From positions 2,356,001 to 2,420,000 of the forward strand of contig NC_088308.1 in NCBI RefSeq assembly GCF_910592395.1: a DNA stretch of 64,000 nt, read 5' to 3'. The notes under the pieces are model-generated. The model did no database searches, was not told the origin of the DNA, and saw only the letters and a list, made by a program, of their open reading frames with translations. Every line of letters begins with the position of its first letter. Position 1 is the first letter of the stretch. The position numbers and the translations under genes are program-made. The stretch is from Lineus longissimus. Its lineage: Eukaryota. Shown here one piece after another: positions 24,341-35,131 of this stretch.

Positions 24341-27300
24341 ATGAATGTAATGGAGAGACGTGGTATGGTGCTCCTTGCGGGGAATTCGCACCGTGATTTG
24401 TCTACTCGTATAGCTGAGTGAGTTGACAAGGAGTGATTATAAATTCACGTTCACCGTCCACGTTCTATCTACCTTGATCTACATCCATACAATCAAAAAA
24501 ATACCACAGTACGCATGTACTGTGTAGTCTGTACAATGTAGTGACCCGCTGGCCTTGGATTGGAACATGCACAGTACATCGCACCTATTATATATGCATC
24601 TAGTTTTCCCATATTGACCGTGAAATGCCCTTTGTAAACAGTTTCCATCTCTATCTACAGAAATCATTCATCCATGGAGTGCATTTCTTTGGCTTTGTGG
24701 TCATAACTCATACAGTACCTCAAAATCAAATGGGTGATGCCAATCGATGGCAGAAAATCGTGACGGATATCTATGTCATGAATGATTTTCGCTTCTTTCA
24801 ATCAAATTCTATTATAGATAGTCATTTTTTGCAGGAGAATTGGCGTAAGGTTGTCAGATCTCTCGGCCTACAGGAAATCAAACCGTGGTGAGTTCAATGG
24901 TCCGTGCCAAATTTGACCAAGGCACTGGATGTCAGTACAGTTTATACATCTGTAGTGGCCAGTCTAATAATCTAAGGCTGTAATGGGGAAGTTCACCATG
25001 CTGGTTTTGTGTTGGAAGTTAAAAATCCTTTTTCAAGTTCTTGCATTGCCACTTCGTGTTCGAGTGAGATGACTTCGAGTGCTAATGCAGATAACTGAAG
25101 ATCTCTTAGCCCCATCATGTTTCACAACTTAAGATGTAAGACCTTTTCAGAAACAACTGTAGAGATAGCTGAATCGGTGAGAGGAAAGGATGTCTACATC
25201 ATACAGACAGGAACAAAGTAAGTTAACACAAAAATAATTGGGTAGTTTGGCATGGATTGGCCAACAGTTCAATCTTCAATGAGCCACCACATTCTTTCAG
25301 TATTGGTAGGTTTGTTTCATTACAACAATCTGCTTTGAAGCCAGTGTGTGAATACTTGCAAGCCTACACCTTTAATAGTCAAAGTTCTCCCTGCAGCCAG
25401 AGAAGCCATGCTGTACGCTTTACTGACACAATCCGTCTTTGTTTCAGAGATGTTAACAATGATGTGATGGAGTTACTAGTCCTGGCGTATGCCTGTAAGA
25501 CATCTAGTGCCAGGCGTATAATTGGTGTCCTTCCCTACCTCCCTTACTGCAAGCAAAGCAAGATGAGAAAACGTGGCTGCATCGTCTCTAAGCTGCTCGC
25601 CAAAATGTTGGTCAAATCAGGTATGTCACTGGTAACTTGAGATTTGGAATCACATTGCCTGTTTCTCCTTAAAAGGCAGAAGTTTTTACTCGTGTTGGAG
25701 GGTGTCAAATAGTGTTGGACATTTTCATACTCCTCCTGTTCATCTTATTCTTAGTCTTGTTTTCATTGTAGGGATTGATCATATCATCACCATGGATCTT
25801 CACCAGAAGGAAATCCAGGGCTTCTTCGATATCTCTGTAGACAACCTCAGAGCGTCACCATTTCTTCTGCAGTATATACAAGAACAGGTAAGCCTAACTG
25901 TCACCATTCAAAGTGGTGTGGCTGACCAAGACCATACTGCCAAGTTGTTTAACCCCCCCCCCCCCCCCCCCCCACTGGGTATGGAGGTTTCATCTTGTGA
26001 TTGCTTTCAATTGTTAGTGTCTGAAGACACTCCCTGATGTCCTTCTTTTGTTATAACTTCAGATCCCAGACTTCAGAAATGCTGTGATAGTTGCCAGAAA
26101 TCCCAACTCAGTGAAGCGGGCTACATCTTATGCCGAGAGGCTGCGATTGGGGATTGCTGTAATTCATGGAGAGGAAAAATCCGAGTCTGAGAAAGATGAT
26201 GGCAGGAACTCGCCCCCTCCTCAGGATGCTCACAGTCACACTCACCAGAGGGCGATGGGGCTCGAGATGCTGCCAGGTATCATTCCAGGTCGCTATTACA
26301 TTTATTTCATTCTTTGTGTTGCGTGAGATTGGAAGTGTGCCAGTCAGGGGTGTTGTCCCGATACTACGGCAACCTCCAGGATGGCAGGGAAGGAGAATAT
26401 AAGAGTAAATGAAAGGTTTTCCAATTTTGCCCTAAAAACTGAATATCTTTTCTGCTTTGCATTTTGCATGTTTCTATTAACAATTTACTACTTTTACATG
26501 TTAATTTAGCTACTTCTTTTACATCAATTCTTCCGAATGCAATGCTATGCTCAGTATTGACATTTCTTTGTCGCCAATCTCTGATATTTTGAATATAAAT
26601 TTCTGAGGTGTTACAAATGCTATGTATGTCATGTATGTTTCTTATGAAAAAACTTTATATTCCAGTCATGCAGGCTAAAGAGAAACCACCAATCAATATC
26701 GTTGGTGATGTCGGCGGAAGGATTGCAATTATCGTTGACGATATGATCGACGATGTCGAGGCATTTGTCACAGCTTCTGAGGTGCTGAAGGAAAGGGGTG
26801 CTTACAAGATTTATGTGATGGCCACCCATGGCCTGTTATCCTCTGATGCGCCAAGGCTTATTGAGAATTCACCTATAGATGAGGTAGGTGTACGAAAGGG
26901 TTTTTTTATCCATAACTGCAGATTGGTGCCTGGTTGTCTCAACAGGGGGCTAATACTATCAAACTCAAGTAATATGCAACTGCCTGATCTCACAAGTCTG
27001 TCACCCATTTAGTTGAATTAGTTTGCAGTGCCTTTCCATAGTTTGAATCACATTCTGTAAAAAAAAATGTGTTCTTCAGTTAGACTTCTGCTAGTTTTAC
27101 CTGTGGTTCTTATCTTGAAACCTTTGTTTTGTATAATGTTCTGTAGTTTAACCTCTTATCGGGTTTGTCCATTCACACTTCTTGATAACTCGTATTTCCC
27201 TTTGTGTGAAATAACCTGCTCACAACTTACTTTCTAGGTCGTGGTAACCAACACTGTGCCACATGACGTTCAGAAAATGCAGTGCCACAAAATAAAGACC

Positions 27301-27396
27301 GTCGATGTTAGCGTGATGCTGTCTGAAGCCATCCGGAGGATACATTATAATGAGTCCATGTCCTATCTCTTCAAGAATATCTCAACGGAGGATTAA
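24341..27396 (+). CDS. PRPSAP: Phosphoribosyl pyrophosphate synthase-associated protein, isoform with terminal exon 8a (358 aa)
   Basis: Exons 24341-24417, 24835-24887, 25151-25217, 25448-25620, 25772-25887, 26063-26276, 26666-26883, 27238-27396 (1077 nt). PRPSAP signatures [34 protein letters not shown], insertion [11 protein letters not shown], and [22 protein letters not shown]. Confidence 0.95.
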
Positions 27397-28118
27397 ACGG
27401 TTTACCTGCGGGAGAGACATGAACAACTCCTAAAATGTGCTTGCTCTTAGAATTGCTTACTGGCATTTGTAAATCCCTCTTGTCACTTGAAAATAATTTC
27501 AATAAGTGACTTGGCCTCTTGAATTTGTTTCCCACCATTCGGATAGTCTGTAGGATATGTGATTTGGGAAAAATTGTTCTGTAAATATGAAACCTCCTTG
27601 AAAGTCATTGAGTTAAACTATGTTTCGTTAAGTGTATGTTTTGTACCGAGTGTTCTGTTGTTTTGATAATCATGTTAGCAAATAGGAAACAATGTGTGCA
27701 GAAAAATCATCATTTTCCTCAAATTTGTGGTATTTAATACAAAGATGTAAATTGTGAGTGAATGTCATTTTGTTGATGATAGTGACTCAGATGACAGAGG
27801 ATGAAAGATACATGAAGTGTATAAAAAAAGTGAAGACAGTGAAGACAGTATATCATGCATTTATACTCAAACCTGAAATCCAGGTCTCTGACTTGGACCT
27901 GTCAATATGTTTGTTTGTGTTCTGGTGGATGTTTAAAAAACACTAAAGATCTGTATTTACATGTAAATGTCCAGATTTGTACCTTTCAACTGCTATGCCT
28001 GTAACAAAAAGTAGCTGGATAAATTAAAATCTATTGGTTAGCTAACACACTTTCTCCTATCATGCGTAAATTAACTCTTCAACGACTGATGAATATGAAT
28101 ATGATTTTGGTTTTTTAG

Positions 28119-28271
28119 GTGGTCGTGACAAACACAGTGCCACACGATCTCCAGAAACTTCAGTGCTGCAAAATCAAGACGGTGGATATGAGTGCTTTCT
28201 TTGCTGAAGCGATCCGGCGAATATATCACGATGAACCTATGAATCGATTTCTTTCGTCGATTGATGAATAA
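28119..28271 (+). CDS. PRPSAP: Duplicated alternative terminal coding exon (8b) of PRPSAP (356-aa isoform)
   Basis: Acceptor TTTTGGTTTTTTAG, same phase 0 as exon 8a. Encodes [50 protein letters not shown]. Downstream AATAAA at 29110-29115. Confidence 0.85.
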   Translation: MVVTNTVPHDLQKLQCCKIKTVDMSAFFAEAIRRIYHDEPMNRFLSSIDE

Positions 28272-30095
28272 CTTTGAACACAAGAATATCTTGTATAAAT
28301 TGTTTGTTTTATGCCTTTAGTATTAGATTCAGTTTATTTCAAATTAATCAAGTGATATAATGTACATGAACGTCTTGTATTTTTTTATCATCAATAAGAT
28401 GTAATGCCACTTACAAAGACTTACATGCAGACAAAATGGTAAATAACTTGTTTGTGTTATGTATGATCTGGGCTAGTCTAGGTGACAGATTTGTTTGGTT
28501 TCAGGAGGGGGATCTTCTTGATAAAAGCCAGTAACTCTTTTGCACTTTGTTACATTTTCAGTTGTTATTCTCGGTTGTTTTATGGGCAGAAGCTTCTGTC
28601 CTATTATGATTTAAATGTGTTGGTTTGGGGTTGGTCAGGCTAATGCATGCTTTTATTTCATTTATCAGTGTGGGGAACTAATTATGAATTTATGCATGTG
28701 ATGGCTGGAGTTAAATGTAAACTGGGTATTATCAAAAATATATAAGGCGAACTTTTGTGTTCATTGTTGAAACAGTTTGTTAGAAGGTATTGAAAAACAC
28801 CAGTGAAGTTTTTTCAAGGAAATTCTGTATGATAATGTACAAATATTTTGAACAAGTTGAAAACTAACTGATTCATTATACATGTAGTTGATGAATACCA
28901 GAGACTACTGTTTGTTATATTGTTTTGCTTGTGTTGAAGACACGCAAAGTGCAAATTACTTTGTAGGTAACGACATCTGATTTGGTCTTTCGCTTCTATG
29001 CCGTCTGCTGATCTTAAAGATCAGTTGATTACATACATGTATGTAAATGCACAAGTGCACACATTCTGTTTATTTACTTGTACATGTAGATCTTTTGGTG
29101 ATGAATTTCAATAAAACTATTTCTGTATGAAGATTTTTGTCCATTGTCTCTTTTTTGCCCATTCTCCAAAGCAGACAAACACAGTAGGACTGCCCGCCTC
29201 ACCACACTGCTATCACTCTGCTGGAGTATGTCCTTTGCCGTAGAGAGATACCTTATTGTGTGCAAAAACATTACAGGAGTGAAAACCCCCTTCCTCACAC
29301 TCGATGCCCTGGTTTCAGTCCTGAATTGGTACATTGTCCCCCTCAGGCCTCCCGATCATCATGTCACCTCTCAAAGACGGCCTAGGCTGACCCAGAACTC
29401 CAACATGGTCTCAAGTTTTGCTGTCACTTGTGAACAAGTGATGGAAAGCGGTCATTTCTACGGCATGAAAAATTATACTGGCCCCTCTCGAGAAACGTGT
29501 GGTGGTCGCCATCTGTGCTGAACTTGGGAGGAATTGTCTCAATCAGATATGGCAGGGCTGTTTATACTCAATGGAGGACATCTATTGTTTCACAATGGGG
29601 CGGATTACCAATTCCAGTGGATCGGGGTAGCTAAATCAATGTCCATGCAAATGACATTAATTTTATCATCGAAATTAGAACAGAAAATGTTGTTTGCATA
29701 GAATTTATTAAGAAATTTAGCAAATATAACATTCAGCACTAATTTCAACACTAAAATAAATAAACATTGTCAGCAGCACTGCGCTGGCTATGAGTCCAAT
29801 TGTAATGCAATGTCATACAGAGCTAATGCATTATAGACCACCTTGCTTCATACAAACATTGTACAATTACATGTGTGTAAAACATTCAATGAAATTTGAC
29901 AATAGTCTCTAAAGACGCTCCTTTCAATATGCCCTGCAGAGCATAAATTTGGAGGGTTTTTCAAATACATGTACAGTGTATTTGATGTTCCTACAGTAAT
30001 GGCATAGTCCTATTGCACTAGTACACTGGACAGGTTCTTCAAGGTTCAGGTACCAAGGTAACTCACCGTTGATATATTCGGCATAAAACTTTTCG

Positions 30096-33000
30096 TTATG
30101 TTATATCTCTGTAAATATTCACACAACATTGATCCTGTTTAGCAGAGACCGTCATCATAAACAAGTTCTTGCAGTTCCCGACTGTAGTAAGACACTGGAC
30201 ACATCCTTTATCTAACGATCCGATGACATCTCCAGAGTAAATGTCCCACACGGTGACGTCTCCCGAGGGATGAAGACCAAGAAGACGGTCCTTGAAGATA
30301 CTCAGGGACACAATCCTGTAAGACAAACAGTTTGGTTAACACCTTCAGCGCCATCGCCATCGCCATCTTCAGGGCAAGGCACGAACTTCCTGCGGCGTAG
30401 TTTTTTCATGAAGTCACCGCCATCGCTATCTTCAGGGCACGGTAGGAACTGAAAATACCGTTTGGTCTATACAGTTCCTCCCTTGCCCTGAAGATGGCGA
30501 TGGCGTAGTTCTTTCATGAAGTCCATGAGACTCCGATAACCAGCTCAAAGAGGGGGGATTTGGGCCACGAGATCTACGTGGTTTGGCGCTGAAGGTGTTA
30601 ATTTGAAAAATACAAAGGGGAAACCAAATACTAAAGGCAAGTGTACATTTATCATAGAAAATAACATAACTTGTTGGTCCCCAATCAACAGTAATATACC
30701 AGTTGATGCAGTCTCCTCAAATCAAGTCATCAGACATATACTTTGGTTCAGAAAGACAATGTGACTTTGGGTAGACACCCTCGTCATACTTGCCTCTTGT
30801 TTCGATCAGTTTCAAATGATATTGCACTCTTGGCTCTTCCCGACTTTGGGTTTACAATGACCAATGAAATCTCATCCTTGACTTTTGAAGACGCAAGGAC
30901 TGGCAGGAAGAGAAAACCCTGAAAATAAGGACATGAAATGTATTTTATTGTTAAACACGATGAACATTCTTGCTGGATGCTTTCTGTATTTAACCCAGCT
31001 GTGACAACTTATATGATGAAGAGTAGGCCATTAGTCAGGTAAAGACATGGTTCAACCAAGGGTTAAGAAAATTCATTCTTTTCCTATTCACTATACATGT
31101 ACATGCGTCATAACCAAATTAGATGGTATAAGCTGACAATGGTTTATCGAACACTTATCTCCTTACCTGCTCTTCAAATGCAGCTATACAGGAACGGACA
31201 GGAAGGATCACAGCGAACTGCACACTTGTCAAGAGGGTACCACTATTAGTGTTCCTGTCAACAGAAAAAATGAAGTCAATGCATGGGTAGTTTTGATATA
31301 TCCAGTTCTCCAAACAGAGCCCGAAACATGTACTCTGCTTCAGGGCTATTTGATTCCCATTTTCAGAGTGACTTCTTCATACGACTTCTTCAAATGCAAG
31401 TTGGTTCACAAGGACATTCTCAAATCACAGATTCTGGTACACGTATGTGATTGCTAGGCTACTGCTTTAGAAGTAAAAGACTTGTTTCGTGTCTGCATTG
31501 AAAAACTTACCATAGATATGCAGTATTACTGCTTGTACTCAGCACAAGAGAAGGGATGGTCGGGATGGCTACTAAAGAGTTGAGATGACCAGAGACTCTT
31601 GGGAATATCACATGTGCATCAATTAACGTGTAGTCTTCATTGAAGGTAAACTTCCTCAAGACACTGATGCCTCTGGCACTTGTACTCATGATCAGTTCTA
31701 ACTCACTCTGGACAATGCAGTGAATGGATGGACTGAAAAGAGCAATCACTCTGACACTCAATCAACCAATCATCCAATTGAAAGCGCAAAAATAGATAGT
31801 CAAGTACTTCATCTAGTTAAATGTAACCAACAAAATGTTGTCATTATCTCTGCTTTGGTGTAAAAGAACTTTGAATGTTACCTTTCTTCGGTTGTTTTCA
31901 CAGTCATCTCACACAAGTTCCCAAGGGTTTCCAGCTTATTTCCTCGGATATCACATGCGAATATTCTAGCAGAACAGGATTGGTCTGACTGACTCAGAAC
32001 AGCAAAGGCTATGGTACTCCTTCTGGGGAAGGCATGAACACTCTTGGTGGACAAGTCCTGAGTGAAAGATAAATAACTGTCATTGATTGAAGAAAAGCAA
32101 ATGTTTATAAGATACTTTGTACATAAAATTCCATTCTGATTTGGAAATGTGGTAGATTTTATCCATTTCCAAGTATTCACATGATTAAGAATGACTGATA
32201 TATAACATTATTCTTGACTTTGGTGAAGACTTGGGAAGTCTGATGACAATACATTCCTCCAACCATACACAGAAGCGACAATAATGTCTAATCTGCACTC
32301 AAAGTGTTAATGTAGGGTTGGAATTGGGGTGGCCAAGGGGCCTCTGGGAAAGAGAACTCTCAGCTAATCTTGAACAGCCCCTAAAACACTTACCATTTCT
32401 GACTTCCACTGGCACAACAGAAACCATTGATTATCACGGTGAAGAATGACCTGGACTTGATCACTGCTGCATACTACAAGATAGGGAATTTTGCTGGATC
32501 TGGTCTCGACAATACCTGCAGTCATTGCATGCACAGGATTTGAACATTTACAGTGCCTAATTGGGATGCAATCCACCAATCGTAGCCGGTCATTTTTCTG
32601 GTGCTTGCAAGTCTGGGCCACATCAGTTGAAACAACTGACACATGACAAAACTGTGTTTCTCCCTCACTGACAGCACAAGGTTCAGATAAAAAAATTTGA
32701 CTTGAACCTCTCAAACAGTTCTTAGTATCCTGACAACTTGTTTTTCCAGAGCAAAAGTTTGAATCACCACACATATCATCTCTGTTTGACTTGGCTTGAA
32801 TACTTTGGCTAGAATTGAAAGTCGCGGACTTGCCACTGTCACTGAGTTTTCTAAGTTTGCCTCTGCCATTTTCCTTGTCAGGAAGATTAGAGGCCCTGGA
32901 CTTAGCACTGAGTTTTCTAAGTTTCTCAGTTCCAAATTCCTCATCGGGAAGACTGAAATCTCTGGAATTCAGGACAGGCGTGCTCGGAAAGATGGGAAAG

Positions 33001-34750
33001 AAAGATCTGTCATCCTGACTTGAGGACTGAGACTCAATCAAGTCCTGGCTACAAGGCTCAAACAAGTCAGACTCAGAATCCCATGTATCCTCTTGGAGGT
33101 TGCAGCTCACTGACTCAGCTGGTGCACCACTACACTGAGAGTGAGAGCTGGGCGACTCTTTTGACTGGCTGGATGAATCAAGATAACTGTCATTGATAAT
33201 ACTCCCAGAAGTAGTTCCACTAAAAGTCTGAATCTCTAAACTTGGATTCGCAACAGAATCTTTTAAAACAGACCAGTGACCATGTTTCTTTTTTCGGCCA
33301 CGGCGCTTGATAGAACATAACGAATCCTCGGACAATGCACTTGAACTAGATTCCTGGGTTGCGGAAGTTTCTGGAACAGTGAGAGAATCCTGACTATTCT
33401 TGGTACCTAGATTCTGGTTTGTAATGAAGTCTTTAGATTTGCCAGAATCAGCTGAGCTCAAGGGATTTTTGCCATGTCCCTCCTTAGCCTCTGACACAGG
33501 AGTTATCCTGGCCACCTTGCAGATCCTTTTCGACACATAATTTCGATCATCATTGAACAGTTTTTCAGTTGTGTTTTCTGTGACCAGGCATTTATCACAG
33601 TCTGCATGACTCAGTTCCAAAACAACTGGATTTTCAATAAAACATGTAGTGTGTTTGACATCTAAGTGTCTATCTGAAATACTTTTATTGGCAGGCACAG
33701 ATCTAGAAGGCGAACTATGACTTAAGGAACAAATGTTTTGAGGAGGTGACACAATATGTTTTCTGTCTCTCTGCCCGTCCACCAGGGGTTCTGCAAAAGT
33801 AAGTCTTGATCTCTTCTTGGTCTGGCGAATGCTGCCTTTGGACAACTCTGTTCCATCATCATTGCTGACAGTGGAAATCTCTTTTAGTTTATCTTTGACA
33901 TGCTTCCTTCTTTCAGCTGCTTTATCGCTTCTCTGAAATATTGAGAGATCAGATTCTCAACTGGTGTACATGAATTTGATTATAAAACAGGGCTTACATG
34001 ACAGGCTATTGGCCTTGTACATAAATAGAGATAAAAGTTGAGTCATTTGGGAACAAACTATGCAACCTAGGTTTTTGCCCGAGTGACTAAATAAATCAAT
34101 GTCTTCATTTGTAGTTGTGTGCAACTTGATATTTTATCTGTGCTTCTGAAGGTGAACTATGATCCCTCCCTTGGTGTTTACTTTTGTTTTTGGCTTTCAA
34201 TAAACAGGTATTACTCACCTGCAATTTCTTTTTTCTCTCTTCATATTCTCTCTCCAGTCGTTCTATTTCCCTTCTAACCTGGAGTCATAGATAAACTGTA
34301 TTAAGAAATAAGCAAACAAGATAGCATGGCCATGCATGGATGGTCGTTTAAACCAACCTGCTAAGAGAGTGAGAATGGGAGAATGTTAGTGAATTACATT
34401 AGCCAGATCTACTTACTACTAGGCCTAGCCTAGGGCTAGGCAAAGAATGGTAGGCGTACGGGGTGGCTGTGACAGAATAAAGTCTATGTCTCAGAGTCAT
34501 GGCACTCTCAGTCAACAATAGCTGTGGTTACGGATGAGCTAGATCACATACGGTCCTACATAGTGCATTAGTACAGTTACAGTATGTACTGTACTTTGTA
34601 GTGTACTGCATGCATGTACTGTATATATCATATTGTATGCAGGGGTTTTGAACCTCAAATATTGGCACTAAAAAGCAAATTGCGAAACACTCCAAAGTCA
34701 GAATTCAACGAAGTAAGACTTTTTGAAGAATATACCTCTGCCTTATTCAT
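30096..34750 (-). CDS. PALB2: Partner and localizer of BRCA2 (814 aa, 8 coding exons)
   Basis: Exons 34750-34736, 34278-34219, 33932-32394, 32057-31882, 31732-31511, 31254-31167, 30918-30794, 30315-30096 (2445 nt). N-terminal coiled coil VRREIERLEREYEERKKKLQ|RSDKAAERRKHVK on a 60-nt exon. MRG15-binding-like DFSLPDEEFG. WD40 C-terminus with WNTNSGTLL, GFLF..LVIVNPKS, SGDVTVWDIYSG. The last intron needs a GC donor. Confidence 0.88.
30336..30601. mobile_element. TTAA-flanked foldback MITE, copy 2 (left arm rearranged), in last PALB2 intron
   Basis: TTAA at 30336-30339 and 30598-30601. Right arm nearly identical to 11280-11392. Left arm lacks a block and carries a duplicated CGCCATCGCCATCTTCAGGGCA segment. 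Confidence 0.9.
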
Positions 34751-34835
34751 TTTTGCACCCTACTAAAACTTTGAAATGTAGAGGAAATTAGTAATTTGGA
34801 TTTATTTCGATGCAAAATTTGACAAGTTTTGTTTT

Positions 34836-34862
34836 CGCCGCCATTGCAATTGCGCCTGCGCA
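34836..34862. promoter_or_regulatory. PALB2/RAB40 bidirectional promoter motifs: YY1-like CGCCGCCATT and NRF1-like TGCGCCTGCGCA
   Basis: Motifs at 34836-34845 and 34851-34862. The two ATGs are only ~380 bp apart. Confidence 0.55.
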
Positions 34863-35131
34863 TTGACCGAAAATAGCAAATATTTGTCTCTGCACATGCG
34901 TGATTTAGAACATCCGGTTTGGTGTGTTTGTGAAAAAATATTCATTGTGTCGTCTATTTTGCCCAATAACGCCACTAATAATTACTTGATTTACTTGAAT
35001 AAGGTGTAGAAAGGATAAGTTGATAATGTAAAAGTCATGGAAGCGGCCGTTACAATGGGAATATGTGATCATTGGACATGAACCCTGTTTTACTGTGGCT
35101 TTGGCTTTGCCTTTGAGCCTTGAGGCTTGAC

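Noticed and set aside
25953..25973. Poly-proline coding stretch
   Set aside because: It is an intronic poly-C run downstream of the exon 5 donor at 25888.
26277..26665. U12-type intron in PRPSAP (donor GTATCATT)
   Set aside because: Does not match the GTATCCTT consensus, and no TCCTTAAC branch site was seen near the acceptor.
28119..28271. Separate second PRPS/PRPSAP gene or processed pseudogene
   Set aside because: Similarity begins exactly at the exon 8 acceptor and no other duplicated exons are present, so an alternative last exon fits better.
29704..29764. Overlapping convergent 3' ends of PRPSAP and PALB2
   Set aside because: Opposed AATAAA hexamers exist (minus 29704, plus 29755), but PRPSAP has a better-supported earlier signal at 29110. 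Not decidable from sequence alone.
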